DNA from: Methanococcus maripaludis
GTDB taxonomy: Archaea; AGJL01; Methanococci; Methanococcales; Methanococcaceae
Direction of reading: 5' to 3'
DNA length: 32,000 nucleotides
NCBI RefSeq assembly: GCF_002945325.1
Contig: NZ_CP026606.1
Span: 1,680,001 to 1,712,000 of the forward strand
The position numbers and the translations under genes are program-made. This document shows, one piece after another, positions 10,904 to 21,172 of this stretch (position 1 is the first letter of the stretch; every line of letters starts with the position of its first letter). Under the pieces are notes generated by a model. The model saw only the letters and a program-made list of their open reading frames with translations. It ran no database searches and was not told the origin of the DNA.

Positions 10904-11197
10904 TTAATATCTTTCAAGTTCATTTGCAATAACATTTAAAATTTCGTTTGTAAGCATGTTGACTTTTTCAGTTCTTTCTGAAACTTCGATCACTTTTTTC
11001 CTTAATCTTTCAGCATCACACTGTTCGATGTCTCTTGCTTTTAGTGTTTTTCTTTTGTCTTTTGCAGCATTTTCTTCAGCGATTTTTGTAGTGGTTACAA
11101 CCATTTCCTGTAAAATTTCAACTAATGCTACGACAGATTCAGCTGATACATTCATATCAGTATTTTCTTTCATAATTCTTTTAACGGTTCCTTTTGG
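10904..11197 (-). CDS. Archaeal histone with C-terminal extension (MJ1647-type)
   Basis: IPKGTVKRIMKENTDMNVSAESVVALVEILQEMVVTTTKIAEENAAKDKRKTLKARDIEQC is a histone fold, plus about 30 aa of extra C-terminal helix. Start inferred at ATG 11197 (MIPKGTV); the track ORF begins at 11242. Confidence 0.88.
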   Translation of the reverse strand, partial: PKGTVKRIMKENTDMNVSAESVVALVEILQEMVVTTTKIAEENAAKDKRKTLKARDIEQCDAERLRKKVIEVSERTEKVNMLTNEILNVIANELERY

Positions 11198-11320
11198 TAT
11201 CATAATAAGACCTCTTATTTTATCTTTAGAATCATATGGCATTTAAATTATTTAAACCTTATATAAAACAGTAAATCAAAAATGGGAAAATAACACAAAA
11301 GAATATTTAAAAAAAATAAA

Positions 11321-12388
11321 TTAAATTAATTTTTCATCGCCAAGCGGTACAATATTTTTCTGTTCGTATTCCATGTACTCAATCCACTCTTTTTTACAGT
11401 CGCATTCGATATCAAGTTTTTCAATTTTTTGAGTAACTGTAAAATCATTGAATATATCTTTTATTTTATCGTTGCAGGTGCAGTCAATATTGTTATGTGC
11501 TCCCCTTTTTGAAGAAACTCCTGCAGTATCACACATTACGAGAGCATCAGGGTTTTTAGACTTTACTTCTTTTAAAATTTCTAAAATACTCCATAAAAAT
11601 GGTGGTCTGTACTGATTTTTTTTCCAGAGAGTTTCAATTAAAGTTCCTTTGTGAATTGATGCAGGACAGAAAGAAATTCTGCTGCAGCCCATTTCGATGC
11701 ATTTGTTTGCAGTGTCTATTGCATCAATAATTGCCTCTTTTTCGGAAATAAATGGGGGTTTTATCAAAATATATGCTTTTATTCCTACATCGTATTCTTT
11801 TGCGACGGAAAACGCATTTTCAATTGTTTTTGTAGGAACACCTTTGTGAATTGCAACATTTCTTATTTTTTCATTTAAACTTTCGATTCCAACACCGATT
11901 TCAATGTTGCATGAAAGAATATTTTTTATCGATTCCATGTTTTCAGGAGTTACAAATTCAGCTCTTGATTCAATTGCAACTTCCTTTGCACCCATTTCTT
12001 CGATTCTTTTAAAGATATATTCTCTCGTTTCAAGAGGGATTTCAAAAGTATCCAAAAAACTACCTGACGTAAATAGTTTTATTGACATATTTTTATTGAG
12101 CTGATCTTTATATTTTTCAACTGCAGAATCGAACTGGTTTTTCAAGTTTTCAGAAGTAATTTCGGCAGGGGATGCGTCCATTAGGTAGCTGCACATCGTG
12201 CACCCTCCGCTATCGTATGCCCATTTACAGCCCTTTGTTCTTAAAATTATTGTAAAGCTTTGTCCAAACGTTTTATCGCGAAAAACATCGTCTTGAATCC
12301 AAACTGCAATCGGATAATCAGGATTTCTTTCTTTTCGTTTTTTAAGATGTTTTTCACGGATATTTTTTAAATAATCAGCCATAGACAT
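11321..12388 (-). CDS. Archaeosine biosynthesis radical SAM protein RaSEA (archaeosine synthase partner)
   Basis: TKGCKWAYDSGGCTMCSYLMDA (Elp3-like radical SAM Cys cluster), GIESLNEKIRNVAIHKGVPTK, CGRI-type C-terminal Cys region; matches COG1244/TIGR01210 as recalled. Confidence 0.8.
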   Translation of the reverse strand: MSMADYLKNIREKHLKKRKERNPDYPIAVWIQDDVFRDKTFGQSFTIILRTKGCKWAYDSGGCTMCSYLMDASPAEITSENLKNQFDSAVEKYKDQLNKNMSIKLFTSGSFLDTFEIPLETREYIFKRIEEMGAKEVAIESRAEFVTPENMESIKNILSCNIEIGVGIESLNEKIRNVAIHKGVPTKTIENAFSVAKEYDVGIKAYILIKPPFISEKEAIIDAIDTANKCIEMGCSRISFCPASIHKGTLIETLWKKNQYRPPFLWSILEILKEVKSKNPDALVMCDTAGVSSKRGAHNNIDCTCNDKIKDIFNDFTVTQKIEKLDIECDCKKEWIEYMEYEQKNIVPLGDEKLI

Positions 12389-12452
12389 AATATCTCCTCA
12401 AAATAAGAAAATAATTTAATAAAAAATTTAAAATAAAATAATCGGGGTTTAA

Positions 12453-15400
12453 TTAATTTTCAAGTTCATTTAATGAATAAACTCCAAGTTCTCCAGATTT
12501 AATTGCTTCGATAGCTTTAATTGCAGCGTATGCTCCTTGTAATGTAGTCATGCATGGAATGTTTAATTCAACTGCAGCTCGTCTGATGAAGTATCCGTCA
12601 GTTTTAGCTTTGTCTCCTGAAGAAGTGTTTATAATTAAGTCGACTTCTCCTTTCTGCATTAAATCAAGAACGCTGTTCTGCATGCTTTCTGAGATTTTTC
12701 TAACTTCTCTTACAGGAATGTCAAATAACCGAAGCTCTCTTGCAGTTCCTCTTGTAGCAACGATTTCAAAGCCTAAATTGTGGTATTTTTTAGCAATTTT
12801 TGTAATGTTGTCTTTATCCCTGTTCCTTACGCTTATAAAGACAGTTCCGGAAGTTGGAAGTTCCATGTTTGCAGAAAGCTGGGATTTGTAAAATGCTTTT
12901 CCAAAGTCCTGATCAATTCCGATTGCTTCACCTGTTGACTTCATTTCTGGGCTTAATACAGGGTCTACTCCTGGAAGTTTTAAGAATGGAAATACTGCTT
13001 CTTTAACGCTTACATATTTTGATTTAGCAAGTCCAAAATACCTCATTTCTTTTAATTTTTTGCCCATTATTGCATTTGTTGCAATTTTTGCAAGAGGTAC
13101 TCCAACTGATTTACTTACATAAGGAATTGTTCTTGAAGCTCTAGGGTTTGCTTCGATAATATATACAACGCCGTCTTTTACGGCATACTGGATGTTTAAT
13201 AATCCAATTACGCCAAGTTCCAGTGCAAGTTTTGTTGTATGTTCCGCAATTTTTTCAATTACTTCTTTTGAAAGAGTTTGAGGGGGAATTACACAAGCAC
13301 TGTCCCCACTGTGGATTCCAGCTTCTTCAATGTGTTCCATAATCGCGCCAATAAATACGCTTTCTCCATCGCACACTGCATCGACATCGACTTCAACAGC
13401 TTCTTCTAAGAATTTATCAATTAAAATCGGGTGATCTGATGAAACTTTAACAGCTTCTCTCATGTAATCTTTTAAATCTTCCGTGTTATAGACAATCTGC
13501 ATTGCACGACCTCCCAACACGTATGAGGGTCTAACAAGTGCAGGGTATCCGATTCTTTCAACAACCTTAAGAGCTTGCTCTTCACTAAATGCAGTTGCAC
13601 CATCTGCCTGAGGTATTTTCAATTTTTCAAGCACGTGTATGAACTGATCTCTATCTTCTGCAAGGTCGATTGATTGGGGGGAAGTTCCTAAAATGTTTAC
13701 TCCTGAATTGTAGAGTTTCATTGCAAGGTTAATTGCGGTCTGTCCACCGAATTGAACGATAACTCCAAGTAACTGTCCGTTTTTATTTTCATTTTCAATT
13801 ATATTCATTATTTCTTCGTAAACTAATGGCTCAAAGTATAATTTGTCCGAAGTATCGTAGTCAGTACTTACGGTTTCAGGGTTGTTGTTTACAATTATTG
13901 CTTCGATTCCAAGTTCTTTCAGTGCAAAAATTGCGTGAACTGTTGAGTAATCAAATTCAACACCTTGTCCGATTCTAATTGGTCCAGAACCTAAAATTAT
14001 TACTTTTTTTCTGTCCGAGGATACGCTTTCGTTCTGTTCTTTATCGAAGTACCTTTCGTATGCTGAGTAGTAGTATGGTGTTTTAGCTTCAAATTCTGCT
14101 GCACAAGTGTCCACCATCTTGTAAACTGGAATTACTTCGAGTCTTTTTCTAAGATCCCTTATCTCATTTTCAGTTTTTGAAAATATTTTTGAGATTTGAA
14201 CGTCTGAAAATCCTAATGATTTTGCTTTTAAAAGGATTTCTTTTAATTTTTCGTCATCTACTGGAAGTCTTGAAATTACTTCAAGTTCTTTTTTACAGTC
14301 GATAATTTTTTTGATTTTTTCAATGAAAAATGGATTTATTCCAGTTCTTTCACAAATTCCGTCAACACTCCATCCTTTATCGAGTGCGTAAGCAATTACA
14401 AAGAGTCTTTCATCTGTAGCATGTTCTAAAATATCAACAATTTCAGAATTCGAGTATTCTTTGTCTTTTCCATCAGCAATTATTCCAAATCTTCCGATAT
14501 CCAAACTTCTAACTGCTTTTTGAAGAGCTTCTTCAAGGTTTCTTCCAATTGCCATGATTTCTCCCGTGGATTTCATGGAAGTTCCAAGTTTTTTGTCAAC
14601 AGTTCTAAATTTATCAAACGGCCATCTTGGAATTTTTACTACAACGTAGTCTATTGTAGGCTCAAAGCTTGCTGGTGTTTCTTTTGTAACGTCATTTTGT
14701 ATTTCATCGAGTGTTCTTCCAATTGCAATTTTTGCAGCGATTTTTGCAATCGGGTATCCTGTTGCTTTACTTGCAAGTGCAGAACTTCTTGAAACTCTCG
14801 GATTTACTTCGATTACAACGTAATCAGTCATTTCAGGGTTTACTGCAAACTGAACGTTACAGCCACCTTCAATTTTCAAGTGTCTGATAATTTGCAATGA
14901 TGCATCTCTTAATTTTTGGTGGAATTCATCGCTTAAGGTCTGTGAAGGCGCAGTTACGATACTTTCTCCAGTGTGTATTCCCATTGGATCGATGTTTTCC
15001 ATGTTACATACAACAATGCAGGTATCGTTTTTATCCCTCATTACTTCGTATTCGTATTCTTTCCAGCCTAAAAGACTCTGATCAATTAAAACTTGTTTGA
15101 TCATCGAGTATTTTAATCCTTTTTTTGTAATTTCAATTAATTCGTCTTCGTTATTTGCAATTCCACCACCTGTTCCTCCAAGGGTGAATGCAGGCCTTAC
15201 AATTGCAGGATATCCAAGTTCCTTAGTAGCTTCAATTGCTTCCTCAACACTATGGACAGCTGCAGATTTTGCAATAGGTTGGTTAATTTCTTCCATTGCT
15301 TTATTGAATAAATCTCTATCTTCTGAAGTTTCAATTACGCTTTCAGTTGAACCCAAAAGTTCAACACCGTGTTTTTCCAAGATTCCGCGTTTTGAAAGTT

Positions 15401-15698
15401 CCATTGCAAGATTTAAACCAGTCTGACCGCCCATTGTTGGGAGAATTGCATCAGGCTGTTCTTTTTCAATGATTTTTTCCAATATTTTTGGATTTAATGG
15501 TTCCAAGTAAACCTTATCTGCAATATTTGTATCGGTTTGAATGGTTGCAGGGTTTGAATTTACTAAAATTGTATAAATTCCCTCTTCTTTTAAAGATTTA
15601 CAAGCTTGCGAGCCAGAAAAATCAAACTCTGCTGCCTGTCCGATAACAATGGGGCCAGAACCCAAAATCATTACCTTTTTTATATCCTCTCTTTTCAA
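12453..15698 (-). CDS. carB: Carbamoyl-phosphate synthase large subunit (single full-length polypeptide)
   Basis: 1081 aa; duplicated ATP-grasp halves ([31 protein letters not shown]; [30 protein letters not shown]), C-terminal MGS-like regulatory domain. Confidence 0.98.
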   Translation of the reverse strand: MKREDIKKVMILGSGPIVIGQAAEFDFSGSQACKSLKEEGIYTILVNSNPATIQTDTNIADKVYLEPLNPKILEKIIEKEQPDAILPTMGGQTGLNLAMELSKRGILEKHGVELLGSTESVIETSEDRDLFNKAMEEINQPIAKSAAVHSVEEAIEATKELGYPAIVRPAFTLGGTGGGIANNEDELIEITKKGLKYSMIKQVLIDQSLLGWKEYEYEVMRDKNDTCIVVCNMENIDPMGIHTGESIVTAPSQTLSDEFHQKLRDASLQIIRHLKIEGGCNVQFAVNPEMTDYVVIEVNPRVSRSSALASKATGYPIAKIAAKIAIGRTLDEIQNDVTKETPASFEPTIDYVVVKIPRWPFDKFRTVDKKLGTSMKSTGEIMAIGRNLEEALQKAVRSLDIGRFGIIADGKDKEYSNSEIVDILEHATDERLFVIAYALDKGWSVDGICERTGINPFFIEKIKKIIDCKKELEVISRLPVDDEKLKEILLKAKSLGFSDVQISKIFSKTENEIRDLRKRLEVIPVYKMVDTCAAEFEAKTPYYYSAYERYFDKEQNESVSSDRKKVIILGSGPIRIGQGVEFDYSTVHAIFALKELGIEAIIVNNNPETVSTDYDTSDKLYFEPLVYEEIMNIIENENKNGQLLGVIVQFGGQTAINLAMKLYNSGVNILGTSPQSIDLAEDRDQFIHVLEKLKIPQADGATAFSEEQALKVVERIGYPALVRPSYVLGGRAMQIVYNTEDLKDYMREAVKVSSDHPILIDKFLEEAVEVDVDAVCDGESVFIGAIMEHIEEAGIHSGDSACVIPPQTLSKEVIEKIAEHTTKLALELGVIGLLNIQYAVKDGVVYIIEANPRASRTIPYVSKSVGVPLAKIATNAIMGKKLKEMRYFGLAKSKYVSVKEAVFPFLKLPGVDPVLSPEMKSTGEAIGIDQDFGKAFYKSQLSANMELPTSGTVFISVRNRDKDNITKIAKKYHNLGFEIVATRGTARELRLFDIPVREVRKISESMQNSVLDLMQKGEVDLIINTSSGDKAKTDGYFIRRAAVELNIPCMTTLQGAYAAIKAIEAIKSGELGVYSLNELEN

Positions 15699-15986
15699 AA
15701 TTCCACCTTAGGATACTTTTCCATATAATATGTTATTCTCGTTTTTAAACTCTATGCTAATATAAAATTCAAATTGTCAAAGTATATCCAAAGACCAATA
15801 TTTAAATTATCCGCTCGAAATAATTTCAAATGTTCCGAATCGATTGAAATAAAGTTTTATAAAATTATAAAAAAATAGAATTTAATTAAAATGTTACTAA
15901 TTCAGTTGCGAGTTTTGCGAGTTTTTTTCTTTGTAATTTTAAAGACATTATGGTATTTTATAGGTTTTTCAGCATAACAATATTTT

Positions 15987-16736
15987 ATGAAAATGTTATC
16001 GTGGAATGTAAATGGGATTCGTGCATGTTTGAAAAATGGCTTCATGGATTTTTTAGAACGTGAAAGTCCTGACATCATGTGCATACAAGAGACAAAAGTG
16101 CAAAGTGGACAGGTCCAGCTTGGACTTGACGGTTATTTTCAGTACTGGAATTACGCAGAACGAAAAGGTTATTCTGGAACTGCAATTTTTACAAAAATAA
16201 AACCAAATAACGTTATATTGGGGATGGAAAACAGTGAGCACAACAATGAAGGAAGGGTAATTACTCTTGAATTTGACGAATACTATTTAGTGAATGTTTA
16301 CACTCCAAATTCTCAAAGGGGCCTTACAAGGCTTGAATATCGGCAAAAATGGGATGAAGACTTTTTAAATTACATAAAAACCCTTGAAACTAAAAAACCA
16401 GTGGTATTTTGTGGGGACTTAAATGTTGCACACAAAGAAATCGATTTAAAAAATCCGAAAACTAATGTAAAAAATGCAGGATTCACTCCTGAAGAAAGAA
16501 GTGGGTTTGACAATATTGTAAATTCTGGATTTTTAGATACTTTCAGGGAATTTAACAAAGAAACTGATAATTATTCTTGGTGGAGCTACCGATTTAATGC
16601 AAGGGCAAAAAACATAGGCTGGAGAATTGATTATTTTTGTATTTCGAAAAGTTTAAGGGATAATTTAAAAAATGCATTTATAATGCCTGAAATAATGGGT
16701 TCAGACCACTGTCCTGTGGGAATTATATTTGAATAG
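15987..16736 (+). CDS. xth: Exodeoxyribonuclease III / AP endonuclease
   Basis: MLSWNVNGIRACLKNGF, IMCIQETKVQSGQ, NVYTPNSQRGLTRLEYRQKWD, GDLNVAHKEIDL, WRIDYFCISKSL, GSDHCPVGIIF. Confidence 0.95.
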   Translation: MKMLSWNVNGIRACLKNGFMDFLERESPDIMCIQETKVQSGQVQLGLDGYFQYWNYAERKGYSGTAIFTKIKPNNVILGMENSEHNNEGRVITLEFDEYYLVNVYTPNSQRGLTRLEYRQKWDEDFLNYIKTLETKKPVVFCGDLNVAHKEIDLKNPKTNVKNAGFTPEERSGFDNIVNSGFLDTFREFNKETDNYSWWSYRFNARAKNIGWRIDYFCISKSLRDNLKNAFIMPEIMGSDHCPVGIIFE

Positions 16737-16889
16737 ATCTTCTGAAAAAATCTGTTCCTTACTTTTTTATTTTTTAAAGATATTATTCTAGAGTTATTTT
16801 AATTTTTAAAATCGATAAGCTTTTTAAGCGATACCGCATTACATTTAAGAGAACAATTTTTGAAAAGGATTTTAGAAACAGTGATAATT

Positions 16890-18557
16890 ATGAAAGATAC
16901 TGTAATGGCATATCTACTTGAAAATTCGATTAAATTCAAAGGAAAACCAAATCCAAAAGCTGCAATGGGAAAAATACTTGGAGAAAACCCTGATTTAAGA
17001 AGTAAAGTTAAAGAAGTAAACCAGGTTATTTCGGAAGTTTTAAAAGAAATTGAAACAATGTCCCTTGAAGAACAGCAGGCAAAATTAAACGAACTTGCTC
17101 CAGAAGGGTTTGGACAAAAAACAGAAAGAAAAAAAAAGGAAATTGAACTGAAAAACGTTAAAGGAAATGTTGTAATGAGATTTGCACCAAATCCTTCAGG
17201 ACCCCTTCATATCGGACACGCAAGAGCATCCGTATTAAACGACTTTTTCTCAAAAAAATACAATGGAAAACTTGTTTTAAGACTTGAAGACACCGATGCT
17301 AAAAGAGTTCTTCCAGAAGCTTACGAAATGATTCAGGAAGATTTAAAATGGCTTGGAGTAAAAGTCGATGAAGTAATTGTACAATCAGAAAGGCTTGAAA
17401 TTTACTACGAATACGGTAGAAAATTAATTGAAATGGGACACGCTTACGTTTGCGATTGCGATGCAGATGAATTTAGAACTTTAAGAGAACAGGGAATTCC
17501 TTGTAAATGTAGGGATACTACTCCAGAAGAAAATATTGCATTATGGGAAAAAATGCTCGCTGGAGAACTTGATAATGTTGCAGTAAGATTGAAAACAGAT
17601 ATTGCACACAAAAACCCATCAATTAGGGATTTTCCAATATTTAGAATTGAAAGAACCCCTCACCCAAAAAATGGAACAAAATATCACGTATATCCTTTAA
17701 TGAATCTTTCAGTAACTGTTGATGACCATTTGCTTGGTATGACACACGTTTTAAGGGGAAAAGACCACATAGTAAACACAGAAAAACAAGAATATATTTA
17801 TAACTACCTTGGATGGGATATTCCAGAATATGTTCACTACGGAATTTTAAAAATAGAAGGGCCTGTTTTAAGTACTTCAAAAATGCATGCAGGAATTTTA
17901 AGCGGAGAATACTCCGGCTGGGACGATGCAAGGCTTGGAACATTGAGGGCTCTCAGAAAAAGAGGAATAAGGCCAGAAGCACTCTACAAATTAATGGTTG
18001 AAATTGGAATAAAACAAGCAGACGTTAGATTTGCCTGGGAAAACCTTTACGCTGCAAACAAAGATATAATCGATAAAGATGCGAGAAGATTCTTCTTTGT
18101 AGAAAGTCCGAAAAAATTAGTAATTTCTGGTGCAGAAAATAGGAAAATTGATCTTAGAATGCACCCTGATAGAAGCGAACTTGGAAACAGGGAACTGTTA
18201 TTCGACGGCGAAATATACGTTTCAGACGATCTTGAAGCTGGAAAAATGTATCGACTAATGGAATTATTCAATATTGTTGTTGAACGGGTTGAAAATGATA
18301 TTATCTATGCAAAATACGACAGCGATGACTTTAAAGTTGCGAAAACTAATAAAGCAAGTATCATTCACTGGATTCCTGTAAAAAACAGCATTCCTGTAAC
18401 GGTTATCGATGAAAATGCTGAAAAAATAGAAGGATTTGCAGAAAAAGACTTTTCAGTTGTAAAAGAAGATGATTTTGTCCAGTTTGAAAGATTTGGATTT
18501 GTAAGAATTGACGAAAAAGAAGATAATGGATATACCTGCTATTTTACCCACAAATAA
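16890..18557 (+). CDS. gltX: Glutamyl-tRNA synthetase, archaeal/eukaryal type
   Basis: [46 protein letters not shown]; [12 protein letters not shown] class-I KMSKS-like loop. The track starts at 16860; [12 protein letters not shown] at 16890 is more likely. Confidence 0.95.
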   Translation: MKDTVMAYLLENSIKFKGKPNPKAAMGKILGENPDLRSKVKEVNQVISEVLKEIETMSLEEQQAKLNELAPEGFGQKTERKKKEIELKNVKGNVVMRFAPNPSGPLHIGHARASVLNDFFSKKYNGKLVLRLEDTDAKRVLPEAYEMIQEDLKWLGVKVDEVIVQSERLEIYYEYGRKLIEMGHAYVCDCDADEFRTLREQGIPCKCRDTTPEENIALWEKMLAGELDNVAVRLKTDIAHKNPSIRDFPIFRIERTPHPKNGTKYHVYPLMNLSVTVDDHLLGMTHVLRGKDHIVNTEKQEYIYNYLGWDIPEYVHYGILKIEGPVLSTSKMHAGILSGEYSGWDDARLGTLRALRKRGIRPEALYKLMVEIGIKQADVRFAWENLYAANKDIIDKDARRFFFVESPKKLVISGAENRKIDLRMHPDRSELGNRELLFDGEIYVSDDLEAGKMYRLMELFNIVVERVENDIIYAKYDSDDFKVAKTNKASIIHWIPVKNSIPVTVIDENAEKIEGFAEKDFSVVKEDDFVQFERFGFVRIDEKEDNGYTCYFTHK

Positions 18558-18665
18558 TTTAACTTTTTTAGATTTTAATTTATTTTTAAAATTCACGATT
18601 TTTTTAATATGAATTTATAAGTAATTTAAAAAGATAAACTAACTTTAAACAACAAGTGATTTCAA

Positions 18666-19562
18666 ATGGAAAGTCAAAAAAAGATTTTAAAACTAACAGT
18701 TGATTCAAAAATTGTTGGAAACAAGTTAATCGATGTTTTAAAGGACAATTTTGAACTTTCAAATAAAATGATAAAAAAATTTGACAAAGAAAATAAAATT
18801 TTTGTAAATTCTAAAAATATCTCCTTAAAATCAAAATTAAAAGAAAATGAAACCGTTTATGTTGAAATTGATTGTGGAATCAATACAATTGATCCCGAAA
18901 ACTTAGCCCTAAATATAATTTACGAAGATGACGATTTATTGATTGTCGATAAACCAAAAAATATGGTTGTTCACCCTACTAAAAATGTGCTATCGAAAAC
19001 ACTTGCAAATGCAGTTTCAAATCACCAGAAAATAAATAATCAGAACTACAAAATAAGATTTGTAAACCGTCTTGATATGGACACTACTGGACTTTTAATC
19101 ATTGCAAAAGATCCATATTCTCATCAACGTCTTGCAAAACAGATGGATGAAGGAATTTTGGAAAAGATATATATTGCGGTAGTAAATGGGCATCTGGATT
19201 TAAAAGAAGGAATTATTGAAGATTCAATCGATTTAAATGACGACGGTATAAAAAGAGAATTATCTAATGTTGGAAAAATTTCTAAAACTAAATACAAAGT
19301 AATCGAAGAACTCAAAAATGCATCAATTCTTGAAATAAAATTACTTACCGGCAGAACTCACCAGATAAGGGTGCATTTATCAAGTACTGGAAATTATATA
19401 ATTGGAGATACTCTTTATGGTGAAATTTCTAATTTAATTGAGAGACAAGCTCTTCATTCGTATATTTTAAGATTTATTCATCCAATTACAAAAGAAAAAA
19501 TGGAATTTTCATCAAAACTGCCAGATGATATGGAAAATCTCATAAAAAATTTGAAAGAGTAA
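18666..19562 (+). CDS. RluA/RluD-family pseudouridine synthase with N-terminal S4-like domain
   Basis: [32 protein letters not shown] (S4-like), [66 protein letters not shown]. Confidence 0.92.
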   Translation: MESQKKILKLTVDSKIVGNKLIDVLKDNFELSNKMIKKFDKENKIFVNSKNISLKSKLKENETVYVEIDCGINTIDPENLALNIIYEDDDLLIVDKPKNMVVHPTKNVLSKTLANAVSNHQKINNQNYKIRFVNRLDMDTTGLLIIAKDPYSHQRLAKQMDEGILEKIYIAVVNGHLDLKEGIIEDSIDLNDDGIKRELSNVGKISKTKYKVIEELKNASILEIKLLTGRTHQIRVHLSSTGNYIIGDTLYGEISNLIERQALHSYILRFIHPITKEKMEFSSKLPDDMENLIKNLKE

Positions 19563-19584
19563 AATTCGTGTGTTGTGGGAAAAA

Positions 19585-20841
19585 ATGGTACTTTTAAAAA
19601 ATGGAAAAATCGTGTCTGAGAATAAAATAACTGAATCTGATATCTTAATCGAAGATGGAATAATTCAAAAAATTGAAAAAAATATTGATTATTCTGGTGA
19701 AATAATTGATTTAAAAGGAAATTATGTTTTTCCAGGAATAATTGATTCACACGTTCACTTTCGTTGGGGAAATCCCGAAAAAGAAGATTTTGTTTCCGGA
19801 AGTGAAGCTGCAATTGCTGGTGGAATTGTTTATGCAATAGATATGCCAAATAACACGCCTCCTGTAACTACAAAAGACATATTTTACAAAAAAATGAAAG
19901 AAGGAAATGAACAAAGCAAGATAAATTTGTATTTTGCTTACGGAGTTACGGAAAATAACTATTTAGAAAATGTCGAAGAAGCGATATTTTATAAAATTTT
20001 TATGGTAAAATCAGTCGGCGACCTTTTTATTAGTGATTACTCAAAATTAAGGGAAATTCTTGATCAAAACAAGATTTTTGCAATTCACGCAGAACATAAA
20101 AGTATAATTTCCGAAAATTCCAAAAAATACGAACTAAATAGTTTCGAAAACCACTGTAAAATCAGAAGTCGAGAAAGTGAGATTGAAGCAGTTAGGGAAG
20201 TTTTAAATGTTTTACAAAAAATTGATAAAGAAAGTAAAAATAAGCCTCACGTTCATTTCTGCCATATTTCAGTTAAAGAAGCGCTTGATTTAATAAAAAA
20301 TGCCAAAAAAACTTTTAAAAATGTAAAAGTTACTGTTGAAGTGTCCCCTCACCATTTATTTTTAAATTCAAAAATGGCCGAAGATTTGAAAGGATGTGGA
20401 AAATTTAACCCTCCATTAAGGGAAGAAGCAGATAATCTAGCACTATTAAATGGAATTATCGATGGAACGGTGGATATCGTTGCAACGGACCACGCGCCCC
20501 ATTTAATCGATGAAAAACTAAATTTGGTCGAAAACTGCCCTTCAGGAATTCCTGGAATCGAAACACTAGTGCCATTGATTATGAATTTGGTAAACGAAGA
20601 AAAAATTTCAATTTTTGATGCATACAGAGTTTTATCAAGAAATCCTTCAGAAATTTTTAAAATAAATAATAAGATCAAAGTTGGAAATAACGCGAATATG
20701 ACTGTTGTTGATATGGACAAAGAATACAAAATATCTGCCAAAGATTTTAAATCAAAGGCTAAATTCACGCCTTTTGAAGGAAAAACCGTTAAAGGAAAGC
20801 CTTCTGCAACATTGGTTAATGGGAAGATATATATATTATAA
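19585..20841 (+). CDS. pyrC: Dihydroorotase
   Basis: [87 protein letters not shown] 19585 preferred over the track start 19570. Confidence 0.95.
   Translation: MVLLKNGKIVSENKITESDILIEDGIIQKIEKNIDYSGEIIDLKGNYVFPGIIDSHVHFRWGNPEKEDFVSGSEAAIAGGIVYAIDMPNNTPPVTTKDIFYKKMKEGNEQSKINLYFAYGVTENNYLENVEEAIFYKIFMVKSVGDLFISDYSKLREILDQNKIFAIHAEHKSIISENSKKYELNSFENHCKIRSRESEIEAVREVLNVLQKIDKESKNKPHVHFCHISVKEALDLIKNAKKTFKNVKVTVEVSPHHLFLNSKMAEDLKGCGKFNPPLREEADNLALLNGIIDGTVDIVATDHAPHLIDEKLNLVENCPSGIPGIETLVPLIMNLVNEEKISIFDAYRVLSRNPSEIFKINNKIKVGNNANMTVVDMDKEYKISAKDFKSKAKFTPFEGKTVKGKPSATLVNGKIYIL
20826..20840 (+). promoter_or_regulatory. Candidate TATA element for the trp leader transcript (a second candidate is ACATATTATAC near 20852-20862)
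   Basis: GATATATATATTATA at the 3' end of pyrC places a TSS about 25-30 nt downstream, giving a short 5' UTR before ATG 20889. Confidence 0.35.
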
Positions 20842-20888
20842 TCTTTCTAAAACATATTATACTATGTAAACTTTAGAACGGTGGTAAA

Positions 20889-20984
20889 ATGACGTATAGG
20901 TCGGAACAGTCGGAAACAAAAGTAGAATCATTATGTAAATTAAGTTCATTTGAATGTGTTGTTTTATTCCAGTGGTGGCAGTAA
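20889..20984 (+). CDS. Putative Trp leader peptide, 31 aa: MTYRSEQSETKVESLCKLSSFECVVLFQWWQ*
   Basis: Short ORF (not in the supplied >=60 aa track) with GGTGGT at 20880-20885. Tandem TGG TGG codons at 20973-20978 and a TAA stop at 20982-20984; sits directly upstream of trpC on the same strand. Confidence 0.7.
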   Translation: MTYRSEQSETKVESLCKLSSFECVVLFQWWQ

Positions 20985-21035
20985 TCACTGTGTAATTTGT
21001 TAGTGGACGCTATAGTCCGGTTAATTAGTATTTTT
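20970..21035 (+). promoter_or_regulatory. Putative attenuator: alternative hairpins plus T5 tract downstream of the Trp codons
   Basis: Stem 1:2 is 20970-76:20984-90 (CAGTGGT/AATCACTG region). Stem 2:3 is 20985-90:21001-06 (TCACTG/TAGTGG). Stem 3:4 is GGAC 21005-08:GTCC 21015-18 plus outer TAATT 20993-97:AATTA 21023-27. TTTTT at 21031-21035. Confidence 0.4.
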
Positions 21036-21172
21036 GCAGTTGTTATCAAGAATTTAGAGATATCAGTATAGTTAATATTAATATATCTAACAATACGGAT
21101 TAATATAAAAATTCTAAGTATCGACTACACGGTTCATCAATTTATTCAAGATTTAAATTTTAGAGGGCAGTT

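Noticed and set aside
15902-16084. 60-aa minus-strand ORF overlapping the start of xth
   Set aside because: Low-complexity basic translation, overlaps the exonuclease III start and promoter, no recognisable motif.
20349-20768. 139-aa minus-strand ORF antisense to pyrC
   Set aside because: Mirror of conserved dihydroorotase codons; composition is that of a shadow ORF.
21001-21020. GGAC…GTCC hairpin considered as part of a tRNA or a classical riboswitch
   Set aside because: No acceptor/T-loop (GTTCAAATC-type) or known aptamer pattern could be built around it; better explained as part of the trp leader.
20826-21172. TrpY-type repressor boxes (TGTACA) upstream of trp
   Set aside because: No TGTACA found by eye in the intergenic region, so a Methanothermobacter-like TrpY mechanism is not supported here.
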